DNA from: Vulcanimicrobiota bacterium
GTDB lineage: Bacteria > Vulcanimicrobiota > Vulcanimicrobiia > Eremiobacterales > Eremiobacteraceae
NCBI GenBank assembly: GCA_963805945.1
Contig: CAWDVP010000006.1
Coordinates: 160,001 to 224,000, forward strand
Reading direction: 5' to 3'
Length of the DNA: 64,000 nucleotides
The notes beneath the pieces were generated by a model. That model saw nothing but the letters and a program-made list of their open reading frames with translations. It ran no database searches and was not told the origin of the DNA. Both the position numbers and the translations under genes were made by a program. Position 1 is the stretch's first letter; every line of letters begins with the position of its first letter. This document shows, piece after piece, positions 1 through 8,046 of the stretch.

Positions 1-922
1 ACGGCGTGGTCACCGAGACGTCCGGGAACGACAACGCCGCCGCTTGTCCGCTTGTGATGCTCGGACCCGTGTAAAGGGAGATCTGCGCAGAGGTCAACAC
101 GTTGCTGACGAAGACCTGGGAGGCGATGTACAGGTTCCCGGAGTGATCGAAGGCGATGCCGAACTGCTGCGCACCGTTGCCGGCGGCGAACGACGAGTTG
201 AGTATCACAGCCGGCACCTCGTTGCTGGTGAGCGGCGTGGTGAACCCGAGCACCGATCCCTGATTGTTGCCGACGAAGAACTCGTTATTTACCGGATCAA
301 CCGCGCAGGCATCGGTGTTGGTCGACATGTTCGACGTCGTGATGACCGGCGCGCCGGTATACGGCGGCACGTACATCAAGACGCGATGAGGCGTCGAGGA
401 ACCATCGAGCACGTACAGATTGCCCGATGCGTCGGCCGCGGCGCACTGCGGCGCATTGAGACCGGTCGTCACCAAGGCCGTCGGGGTGCTCGAGCTGGTC
501 ACCGGGTGCGCTACTTTGCTTACGCTGTCGGTGGTGAAGTTCGTGTAATATAGATTGCCGGCGGCGTCGAAATTGATCTCGCCGGGGCTGATGCCGCTTG
601 CGACAGTGAACAGCAGCGCCGAGCTCGGGTTGGGGCGCCCATGTGCGGTGACCGTACCCGCTGTGTCATCTGCTATGTAGACCGCGCCGGTCGTATCGGT
701 CGGGTCGATCGCGACGCCGAATGGGCCTGCGAGTCCCGTGATCGAGCCGGCCGGCACCGTCGACGCGGAGAACGGCCCCGTGTAGTAGCTCAAGTCCGTC
801 ACGTTGTCGCTGGCCGAGTAGAGCCGCGCTGGGGCCGGAGGCGGAGTCGATGTCGAGGCGGCGCTGCATGCTTCCAGCGCGAGCAACAACGAGAGCGCGG
901 GCATCAAGCGCAACCACTTCAT
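1..922 (-). CDS. Predicted lipoprotein with NHL/SMP-30-like beta-propeller repeats (partial, runs off the left edge)
   Basis: Not in the ORF track because there is no stop in the window. Read by hand: AGGAG RBS, then ATG at 922, MKWLRLMPALSLLLALEAC (lipobox-like), and repeated 'GVAIDP..VYIAD', 'FDAAGNLYY', 'DASGNLYV', 'GIAFDHSGNLYIA' motifs. Confidence 0.8.
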   Translation of the reverse strand, partial: MKWLRLMPALSLLLALEACSAASTSTPPPAPARLYSASDNVTDLSYYTGPFSASTVPAGSITGLAGPFGVAIDPTDTTGAVYIADDTAGTVTAHGRPNPSSALLFTVASGISPGEINFDAAGNLYYTNFTTDSVSKVAHPVTSSSTPTALVTTGLNAPQCAAADASGNLYVLDGSSTPHRVLMYVPPYTGAPVITTSNMSTNTDACAVDPVNNEFFVGNNQGSVLGFTTPLTSNEVPAVILNSSFAAGNGAQQFGIAFDHSGNLYIASQVFVSNVLTSAQISLYTGPSITSGQAAALSFPDVSVTTP

Positions 923-1128
923 GAATGATACTCCTTCACCATGGCAAGGGCCGACTGTCGCTTCCTAGAGTATCGGCGCTCGCTTCTAGCCGGCTTAGCG
1001 GACGTCCGCGAGGCGGCCGAGTCTTGCATGCCGTCGCCCATGTGTTCGGGCATGACTTCATCCGCCGCGGCCCCTCAATCGTACTATAGACGCACACCCC
1101 TCCAAGCTTATTGAAGGAGCACACGGGC

Positions 1129-1767
1129 ATGATAGGTTCCAGATTCCTCGCCACGCTCGCCGCCGTCGCCGTCGTCGGCATCGGCGCAGCCGCGATGGCC
1201 GCAGACACCGGCACAGACACCATGATGGGCGGCACCGCGCACGGCCGCTTCGGCGGACCGGTCTATGCCGGACCGCCTGCGCTCGCGGTCACCGCAGCGC
1301 TCGTCGACGCGGGCGGCGGCGCCGCCAACTACTCCACCGCCACGGCGCTGGTCAGCATGGTCGGCAAGCCGACCGTCGACGCCGAAGTCGCCAAGCTCAC
1401 CAAGCAATACGGCGCGGCCAACGTCACGTTGTGGCTGAAGACGTTCGACTTCGCGGTCGACGACTCGCTCAAGATCGCGACGGCCGCCGGCATCAAACTA
1501 CCGGCGCCCGCACCGCTCAAGGGCAAAGATCTCGCGATCGGGCTCGTCAAGGCGGGCACCGCCGACGACGGCACGTTCCAGATCGAGCTGCTGCTCGACA
1601 AGGCCGTGTCGCACAAGATCCACGTCCAAGTCATGAACGACATCGACAAGGAACCGGGCCTCGGCAAGAACGCCGACCTCGTGTACCACGAAATCTCGAA
1701 CCAGGCGTTCTACGACGTCGCGCAGGCGCTGGGGATGACGAGCGTCAAGCTCGCGCCGCTGCACTAA
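1129..1767 (+). CDS. Secreted hypothetical protein
   Basis: GAAGGAG RBS before ATG 1129, signal peptide (…GIGAAAMA), strong GC3 codon bias, followed by a terminator. Confidence 0.85.
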   Translation: MIGSRFLATLAAVAVVGIGAAAMAADTGTDTMMGGTAHGRFGGPVYAGPPALAVTAALVDAGGGAANYSTATALVSMVGKPTVDAEVAKLTKQYGAANVTLWLKTFDFAVDDSLKIATAAGIKLPAPAPLKGKDLAIGLVKAGTADDGTFQIELLLDKAVSHKIHVQVMNDIDKEPGLGKNADLVYHEISNQAFYDVAQALGMTSVKLAPLH

Positions 1768-1790
1768 CCTGCACGACAGCACAGGAGCAC

Positions 1791-1820
1791 AAGAGGACGG
1801 CTGAGGCCGTCCTCTTCTTC
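1791..1820 (+). terminator. Intrinsic terminator
   Basis: AAGAGGACGGC-TGAG-GCCGTCCTCTT hairpin followed by a pyrimidine tail. Confidence 0.75.
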
Positions 1821-1877
1821 ATCCGCCGGGATTCGCAGACCTAAACCCGAAGCGTCCCCAGTAAAGAGGTGTGCGCT

Positions 1878-2327
1878 ATGAATCGTCCGATCGTGGCGAC
1901 GCTCGTCGCCGTCCTCATCATCACCGCGGGCTGCACCAAGAAGGAGTCGGCGCCTGGAGGCGGGGCGAGTCCCGCCGCGACGCAAGTGGCGCTGCCCGTG
2001 CGCATCTCCGCCAGCTTCACCTTCAATGACGTCAGCGTGACGACGTCGGGGCAGCCGGTGCTACGGCTGGGCTTTGACATCCAGAACACCTCGAAAGATC
2101 CGTTGCAGTGCGATCCATCGGAATTCTCCATCCGCCTGTCGGACGGCACGGCCATCGCGGCGGATGAATCGGCGGAGAACAAATGCGACCCGGACTCGGT
2201 GGAGGCGCGTTCGAGCGGTAAGGCGGTCATGTACTTCGATTTGAAGTCGGCGTACAGCGGACCGGTCACCCTCACAATGACGACCAACGACGCGATCGTC
2301 GGCCGGGGCGACACGACGATCAAATAA
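1878..2327 (+). CDS. Lipoprotein with an Ig-like (DUF4352-like) domain
   Basis: AGAGGT RBS, lipobox ITAGC, beta-rich 'FDIQNTS…F.IRLSDG…VMYFDL' pattern. Confidence 0.7.
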   Translation: MNRPIVATLVAVLIITAGCTKKESAPGGGASPAATQVALPVRISASFTFNDVSVTTSGQPVLRLGFDIQNTSKDPLQCDPSEFSIRLSDGTAIAADESAENKCDPDSVEARSSGKAVMYFDLKSAYSGPVTLTMTTNDAIVGRGDTTIK

Positions 2328-2369
2328 CAGGGACACGGCAGGGCGCTGCGGGAAGAGAGAGCGCCCCGT

Positions 2370-2442
<73 letters not shown>

Positions 2443-2480
2443 AGGCTTTCCGCGAACAGTAACCCACTCTAACTTCTAAT

Positions 2481-2511
2481 AGAAGAGCCCAGCGTCAACC
2501 GGGCTCTTTCT
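2481..2511. terminator. Probable bidirectional terminator after tRNA-Ala
   Basis: AGAAGAGCCC…GGGCTCTTTCT inverted repeat between the tRNA and a convergent ORF. Confidence 0.6.
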
Positions 2512-2582
2512 GCACAACGGTCGTGGCAGCAAAGGCCCTTCGCCTAGATTAACAAATCCGTCATCTGTTGCGGCCATCGTGC

Positions 2583-2966
2583 TTAGCGAAATCGGAACTG
2601 CAGTCCCAACTCCGGTGCACTGTGAACTGCCCCAATGGGGGGGCCATTGCTGCAATTGGGGGTGCCATTACATGATAGGTTCGAAAGAGACTTATTTGCT
2701 GCGCTTGCTATTAGAATGACCGCTACGACTACGACGACTCCAATAATGATATACGTCGTCGCGTTATTGTGTTTGGGCGCTGGCGACGGCGCGGGCGACG
2801 GCGCAGTGGTGGGCGCGGGCGATACGGCGGGGGTTGGTGTCGCCGACGGTGCCGGGCTTGCGGACTCAGCTACTGGTGTGCCACTGGCGGATGCAATAGC
2901 CGAGAACGCTGGACTTAGGGCGAGGAATGCCGACAGAACTCCGACAGCGATGGTGCGGGTGCACAC
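2583..2966 (-). CDS. Small exported/membrane protein: signal peptide, Pro/Ala/Ser/Thr linker, TM helix, Cys-containing tail
   Basis: GGAGG RBS before GTG 2966; PAPSATPTP…PAPSPAP linker; YIIIGVVVVVAVILIA helix. Confidence 0.7.
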   Translation of the reverse strand: MCTRTIAVGVLSAFLALSPAFSAIASASGTPVAESASPAPSATPTPAVSPAPTTAPSPAPSPAPKHNNATTYIIIGVVVVVAVILIASAANKSLSNLSCNGTPNCSNGPPIGAVHSAPELGLQFRFR

Positions 2967-3061
2967 GACACGGCCTCCATTATGAGCAATATAGCGGCTG
3001 TAAAGCAAGAGCTGTGCAATAACTGCCCAGCCAAACAATCCGCTGCCTACAACCCAAAACC

Positions 3062-3090
3062 ATGATAACTTGTCATAATGAGCCAGTCAA
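3062..3090 (-). promoter_or_regulatory. sigma70-type promoter
   Basis: Minus strand TTGACT-17 nt-TATCAT upstream of the 2583-2966 ORF. Confidence 0.6.
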
Positions 3091-3207
3091 TGGCGAAAAT
3101 GGGACTCGTTTGAGACGCCCCCAGAAACTTATGTTTTGGCTCTTGGTCCTACCCCGTTTATCCTTCACCATTATCAGGCCCGCGCAGCGCGAAAGCTTAC
3201 ATCTGGG

Positions 3208-3594
3208 TTAGCTTACGTATCTGAGCAGCACCTCGCCGCCGCGCGCGAGCTGCAGCAGGTCGAAGTCGCTGCGGATCTCGAGCTCGGTCGACGTCACTTC
3301 CACGATATCGGGCGCCTGTTTGTGCCCCGTCACCTTCTCGCCGATTTCGCTGAGCTTGCGCACGCCGATGAACTCATACGCAGCCGGTTTGTCGTCGATA
3401 ACGAGATCCTTCGAATCCTCGGCAGCCTCGCGTGTGCCGAATTCCGTAGCCTTGCGGATCACGTCGTCGGGATCGGCGGCGTCGACCAAAACGACGTCTT
3501 CCCAAGCCTGGAGCGGCCGAGCGGGTTCTTCGTCGAGGTCGCCTTCCTCGCGCTTAGCGCGTAATGTTGTGATAAGGTGAGCGGCGTACCACAT
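3208..3594 (-). CDS. DUF4288-like protein
   Basis: N-terminal MWYAAHL, 'WEDVVLVDA', 'FIGVRKL' motifs typical of DUF4288. Confidence 0.7.
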   Translation of the reverse strand: MWYAAHLITTLRAKREEGDLDEEPARPLQAWEDVVLVDAADPDDVIRKATEFGTREAAEDSKDLVIDDKPAAYEFIGVRKLSEIGEKVTGHKQAPDIVEVTSTELEIRSDFDLLQLARGGEVLLRYVS

Positions 3595-3662
3595 AAGCTA
3601 AATATTGTTACCCCTTCCTTTTGACTGCGCGGTAGTCCCTAGCGCATCTGAGCTTATGGACC

Positions 3663-3680
3663 CATGCAAGAGGTCAACGG
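3663..3680 (+). repeat. 18-bp internal copy of tRNA-Ala sequence (att remnant)
   Basis: CATGCAAGAGGTCAACGG is identical to tRNA positions 2405-2422. Confidence 0.75.
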
Positions 3681-3737
3681 AACTTCTTTTTTCCCAATAG
3701 TAGTGACGATACCGTTGCCCTTTTGACGGTATCCCCA

Positions 3738-4607
3738 TTATGTCCCCACTGATAAGTGGAGAGTTTCGGTGCTCGTAGTAGTCGCGAGGACGGCGGCGTA
3801 TTCCTCTGGCGTTCGCCAAGCGAGCGCTTTGTGCGGGCGCTCGCGGTTGTATTGAGTTCGCCACGTGGCGATGACCGAGCGCGCATGTTCGAGCGAGATG
3901 AAGTCGTGCTCGTTGAGGCATTCGTCGCGGAGCTTGCCATTGAAGCTCTCGATGTACGCGTTTTGGATCGGCTTGCCGGGCGCGATATGATGCAAGCGTA
4001 CGTGGTGTTCTTGCGACCAGCGCAGCATCGCAAGGCTAGTCATCTCCGGTCCGTTATCGAGCACGATGACGTCGGGCAGCCCGCGCAGCGAGCCGATCGC
4101 ATCGAGCGTGTAGCCCATGCGCTGCCCCGAGAAGCCGAAGTCCGCCTCCACCGCCAGGCTCTCGCGCGTGCCGTCGTCGACCACGGTGAGGATCCGGATG
4201 CGCCGGCCGCTGCGCAAGCGATCGTGCACGAAGTCCAACGACCAGCGCAGGTTGCGCTGGGCCAGGATCGGCGGCGGGATGCCTCGGCCTAGCGCCAGCT
4301 TGCGGCGCACGCGCTTGCGCACTTGCAGCTGCGCCGCTCGATACACGCGCCCCACGCGCTTGTGGTTATCCCTGATGCCCTCGCGGCGCAGCAGCACGAG
4401 CATGCGCGGCAGGCCGTAGCGCCGGTACTGCGCCGCAAGCCCTTCCAGGCGCGCGCGCAACATTGCGTCATCGCGCTGGCGAGGCCGACGCTGGAGCAGC
4501 TTGCGATTGACGCCGAGCCAGCGGCACAGACGCCGCTGGCTGGCGGGGATGCGCGCTCCGATGGCCTGCAAGGCTGCGCGGCGACGAGCAGGCCCTAGAA
4601 GTTTCCC
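3738..4607 (-). CDS. IS3 transposase OrfB (DDE integrase core), expressed via -1 frameshift
   Basis: RYG…NHKRV, WSLDFVHD, DNGPE, PGKPIQNAYIESFNGKLRDECLN, YNRERPH motifs; in the -1 frame relative to orfA. Confidence 0.92.
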   Translation of the reverse strand, partial: GKLLGPARRRAALQAIGARIPASQRRLCRWLGVNRKLLQRRPRQRDDAMLRARLEGLAAQYRRYGLPRMLVLLRREGIRDNHKRVGRVYRAAQLQVRKRVRRKLALGRGIPPPILAQRNLRWSLDFVHDRLRSGRRIRILTVVDDGTRESLAVEADFGFSGQRMGYTLDAIGSLRGLPDVIVLDNGPEMTSLAMLRWSQEHHVRLHHIAPGKPIQNAYIESFNGKLRDECLNEHDFISLEHARSVIATWRTQYNRERPHKALAWRTPEEYAAVLATTTSTETLHLSVGT

Positions 4608-4861
4608 TCGGCGACCATCTTCAGCGCCTCGATGTTGAGCACTTGGTCGGCGACGATCTTCTTGAGGCGCCGATTCTCGTCCTCAAGCTCGCGCAAGCGA
4701 CGCAAGTCGCTCATTTCCAAGCCGCCATATTTCGCGCGCCAGTTGTACAGCGTCGTTTCGCTGATGCCGTGCTTGCGGCACAGCTCCGAAGCCTTGACGC
4801 CCGCCTTGAGCTGCTTGAGCGCAGCGACGATCTGCGTTTCGGTGAAGCGTGATTTACGCTT
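4595..4861 (-). pseudogene. IS3 OrfA (HTH) with AAG where the start codon should be
   Basis: AAGGAG-5 nt-AAG CGT AAA TCA CGC TTC ACC gives (M)RKSRFTETQIV…ELCRKHGISETTLYNWRAKYGG…LEDENRRLKKIVADQ…EGNF*. Confidence 0.85.
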
Positions 4862-5189
4862 GTGGGCTCCTTTTCGAGGCGATCGCCTCGGAGTCCACTA
4901 ATCACTGGGGACGCCTATGGGGATACCGTCACTTTGCCTGCGCCGCATTTGGCTGGCGACACAGAAAGAGCAACAAGCACCATGCCTACAACAATCGCTC
5001 TCATACAGACGCTCCCAGAAACTCTTTCTTGCCTCTTGGTCTTTGCAACTTCCTAGTTAGGAAATAACCCACTTCTACCCCTTTGTAACCACTTCCAAGA
5101 ATGCAGGTAAGCGGTAAAGCGACCCGGTTTCGTGCTCAGACGCGCTCAAATGACGTGCCTAGGACCTTTGTGAGCAGGAACGTATTCTA

Positions 5190-5241
5190 CATGGCATGCA
5201 AGAGGTCAACGGTTCGACCCCGTTATCCTCCAAAGCTTTCC
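5190..5241 (+). repeat. attR-like duplicate of the tRNA-Ala 3' half
   Basis: 44-bp exact match to 2400-2443, beginning at the anticodon loop. Confidence 0.92.
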
Positions 5242-5302
5242 TGGTTCTTCTAACCATCTCTTGACCACATGAGAACGCTCATTCAGTCGCTATGGGCAAT
5301 AT

Positions 5303-5896
5303 ATGAAATTGGCTAAGCTGCAAGAGACCAAGTCAACGATTCGCTTCAGCGCCAAGCTGTCTCGCCCTACGGCTGCCGAAAAGGTCAAGTCGTGGATCCT
5401 TCTCACTCTGCCCAAGAACGCGAGCGCGAAGCTTCCATCACGAGGCGTGATTATGGTCGAGGGAACTATCAATGCCTTTCCTTTTCGCGCCGCTCTCGAA
5501 CCAAACGGCAAAGGAAGTCACTGTCTCAGGGTCAACAAAGCCTTGCGCGAAGCTGCACGCGCGGACGTTGAAGACACGGTGACGGTGGAAATCGCGCGGG
5601 CCGGAGAAGAACCGGAGGCCAGGGTGCCGATGGATCTTCGCAAGACCCTTGCAGCCGCACCGCGAGCGCAAGCAGGGTGGGCGGACATAACACCAATCGC
5701 GCGCCGGGACTGGATCCTTTCGATAATCTCAACCAACCAACCGGAAACGCGCAGGCGTCGCATCGAGAAAGCCTGCGACATGCTCGCATCCGGAAAGCGA
5801 CGACTGTGCTGTTTCGGCGGCATAAAGTGGCTTATGAAAGATCACCCAACTTCTAGCGAAATGTGGCTTAAGTTGCCGGTTGCCCCGAGGAGATAG
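5303..5896 (+). CDS. DUF1905 + YdeI/OmpD-associated family protein
   Basis: LPSRG…VEGTIN.FPFRAALEPNGKGSH; VP.DL…AW.DITPIARRDWI…PETRRRRI. Confidence 0.85.
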   Translation: MKLAKLQETKSTIRFSAKLSRPTAAEKVKSWILLTLPKNASAKLPSRGVIMVEGTINAFPFRAALEPNGKGSHCLRVNKALREAARADVEDTVTVEIARAGEEPEARVPMDLRKTLAAAPRAQAGWADITPIARRDWILSIISTNQPETRRRRIEKACDMLASGKRRLCCFGGIKWLMKDHPTSSEMWLKLPVAPRR

Positions 5897-5897
5897 T

Positions 5898-6845
5898 ATG
5901 CCGAAGAAGATCATCGCCGTGCTGGGAGCGACCGGCGCACAAGGCGGCGGCTTGGTCCGAGCGATCCAAAACGATACAGCGGGCGAATTCACCGCGCGCG
6001 CCGTGACGCGAGATGTGAACTCGGACAAAGCGAAGGCGCTGGCAGCGCTCGGGGCCGAGGTTGTCGCCGCCGACGTCGATGACATCGAGAGCGTGAAGCG
6101 CGCGTTTGCCGGCGCATACGGCGCCTATTGCGTCACCTTCTACTGGGCGCACATGTCCCCCGAAAAAGAGATGGCAGAGGCCAAGACTTACGCCGACGCG
6201 GCGAAGCACGCCGGTCTTTCCCACGTGATCTGGTCGACGCTCGAGGATACACGCAAGTGGGTGCCGTTGAGCGATACCCGCATGCCGACCCTCATGGGGC
6301 ATTACAAAGTGCCGCACTTCGATGCCAAGGGAGAATCTGACAAGTATTTCTTCGACGCTGGCCTGCCCGTCACGTTTTCCCGGGCGTCCTTCTACTGGGA
6401 GAACTTCGTCTACTTCGGCATGGGTCCGAAGAAGGGTCCCGACGGGATGCTCGGGATCACACTGCCGCTGGATGGCAAGAAACTGCCCGGCATCGCCGCA
6501 GAGGACATCGGCAAATGCAACTATGGCGTCTTCAAGAGGGGCCGTGAATTCATCGGTAAGACGATTGGCCTCGCAGGTGAGGTGCTCACGGGGGCGCAGA
6601 TGGCCGCAGCGATGTCCAAAGCGCTTGGCAAGGAAGTGCGCTTCAACGGGGTCACGCCGGAGGTCTTTCGCGGTTTCGGCTTCCCCGGCGCAGACGACCT
6701 CGGCAACATGTTCCAATTCCAGAACGATTTCGAGGAGTATTTCCTCACCGCACGCGACCCGGTGCTGTCACGCTCGCTCAATCCCGAGCTGCAGACGTTC
6801 GACCAATGGCTGGCGCGCAACGCGGCAAAGATGCCCCTCGTCTAG
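5898..6845 (+). CDS. NmrA/HSCARG family NAD(P)-binding protein
   Basis: IAVLGATGAQGG, VPHFDAKG, FYWEN, FPGADDLGNMF; GAGGAG RBS. Confidence 0.92.
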   Translation: MPKKIIAVLGATGAQGGGLVRAIQNDTAGEFTARAVTRDVNSDKAKALAALGAEVVAADVDDIESVKRAFAGAYGAYCVTFYWAHMSPEKEMAEAKTYADAAKHAGLSHVIWSTLEDTRKWVPLSDTRMPTLMGHYKVPHFDAKGESDKYFFDAGLPVTFSRASFYWENFVYFGMGPKKGPDGMLGITLPLDGKKLPGIAAEDIGKCNYGVFKRGREFIGKTIGLAGEVLTGAQMAAAMSKALGKEVRFNGVTPEVFRGFGFPGADDLGNMFQFQNDFEEYFLTARDPVLSRSLNPELQTFDQWLARNAAKMPLV

Positions 6846-7387
6846 GGCTTGCCGAGCAGCCGAAACGAGCCGAGGAATTTGTCGCTATCCTTCGGCAGCG
6901 GCGCATCGACCGGTGCGATGGCCAGCAATTGATAGAGGTAGTCACCGACCACGTAGATGCGCACCCGCACGTGATAGTTGCTCGCGGCGATGAACAGCTC
7001 GTAGCCCGGATTGCCATCGATCGAGATGCGCTGCTGTGACACGAGCGTCCCGTGCACGTTTGCGACGGCGCCGTTCTTCGCGCCCTCGAGCGCATCCATC
7101 GCGCGCGGCGCGATGAGGCCCTGGTCGTAGTGCGTCGAGGAGAACATGAAGGCGTTGTTGCCGCCCAGATCGACCGAGTAGACCTGCGACGTCACCGGCC
7201 CCGCCGCCGTCTGCGTCACCAGCTTCTTCACCGTCGGCCGCTGCGGCGCGGAGACCGCGAAACCATCCGCCGCATAGCTGTACTCGCTCCACGACGCGTT
7301 CGCGTCGGCGCTCGCCGGGAGCTCGCCCGTCACTACAAACGCGATCATGAGCATTAAGCCGATGATCGCCGTTCGTATCGTCTTCAT
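6842..7387 (-). CDS. Secreted hypothetical protein (PsbP/DcrB-like fold possible)
   Basis: MKTIRTAIIGLMLMIAFV signal; 'GF.V..P', 'IDGNPGYE', 'LYQL', 'FLGSFRL' pattern; ATGA-coupled to the upstream ORF. Confidence 0.7.
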   Translation of the reverse strand: MKTIRTAIIGLMLMIAFVVTGELPASADANASWSEYSYAADGFAVSAPQRPTVKKLVTQTAAGPVTSQVYSVDLGGNNAFMFSSTHYDQGLIAPRAMDALEGAKNGAVANVHGTLVSQQRISIDGNPGYELFIAASNYHVRVRIYVVGDYLYQLLAIAPVDAPLPKDSDKFLGSFRLLGKP

Positions 7388-8046
7388 AACGCCTTCTGGA
7401 GGCGCATCCCCACATCGTAGGGCACACCCCAGATCCACAACACCATCGGCTCCATCGCACCGCCTTCGCTCGCGATCTGCACCCATCGTCCGCCGGTCTT
7501 GTGATACAAGGTTTGACCGCCGCCTTCTTGCGGTGCTTTGAAGTCGATCGTGAGCAACGCCCACGGTCCTACCACGCTCGCCGACTTCACCGTGGCATCG
7601 CCGACGTGGTTCTCCGCATCGCGCACTGCCACGATGTCGGCGTGACTGGGCGGGCCGGTGAACTGGCCGACGCCGTTGGCCGCAAATGCCTTCCACAGCG
7701 CGGCGGCAGACTGGGCCGGCACGCCGCGCAACGAGAACGGGTCGCTCTTGTCGAGTTGGTTCTGGTAGTCCGGCAGTTCGCTCACCATCGTCCAGGTGGA
7801 CCCCGCGCGGTGCATGAGCATCGACGTGGTGAAAGAACGGCCGCACATGATGCCTACCACGGCGTAATCGCCCTGGACGAACTCGGCGGTCGCGGCCGGC
7901 GCTCCGGTCGGCAGCGGCCGCGTGATGCTCCCCTCGGGCGGGCACGTCACCGCATGGACGGCAGCGCTCGACGCACCTCCCGCAAGCGCCGCCCCAGCCG
8001 TCAAGACAAGGGCGGCGCCCAGCAACACCGGGAGGCGAGCCCTCAT
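7384..8046 (-). CDS. Secreted hypothetical protein with an internal repeat
   Basis: MRARLPVLLGAALVLTAGAALA signal; two 'G.(Y/W)A…L.H..G..W' units; ATGA overlap with the zincin gene. Confidence 0.7.
   Translation of the reverse strand: MRARLPVLLGAALVLTAGAALAGGASSAAVHAVTCPPEGSITRPLPTGAPAATAEFVQGDYAVVGIMCGRSFTTSMLMHRAGSTWTMVSELPDYQNQLDKSDPFSLRGVPAQSAAALWKAFAANGVGQFTGPPSHADIVAVRDAENHVGDATVKSASVVGPWALLTIDFKAPQEGGGQTLYHKTGGRWVQIASEGGAMEPMVLWIWGVPYDVGMRLQKAL

Larger units (their letters stand above)
3724..4931 (-). mobile_element. IS3-family insertion sequence (IS407-like), 1208 bp, 4-bp TSD CTTT
   Basis: Imperfect terminal IRs TGACGGTATCCCCAT…GTCCCCA.TGAT.AGTGGA; CTTT at 3720-3723 and 4932-4935; orfA/orfB layout. 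Confidence 0.95.

Noticed and set aside
44..928. Plus-strand ORFs 44-553 and 641-928
   Set aside because: They are antisense shadows of the minus-strand propeller lipoprotein that starts at 922.
5190..5233. Second tRNA-Ala gene
   Set aside because: Only the 3' half is present, with no D arm or 5' acceptor strand. It is an att duplication.
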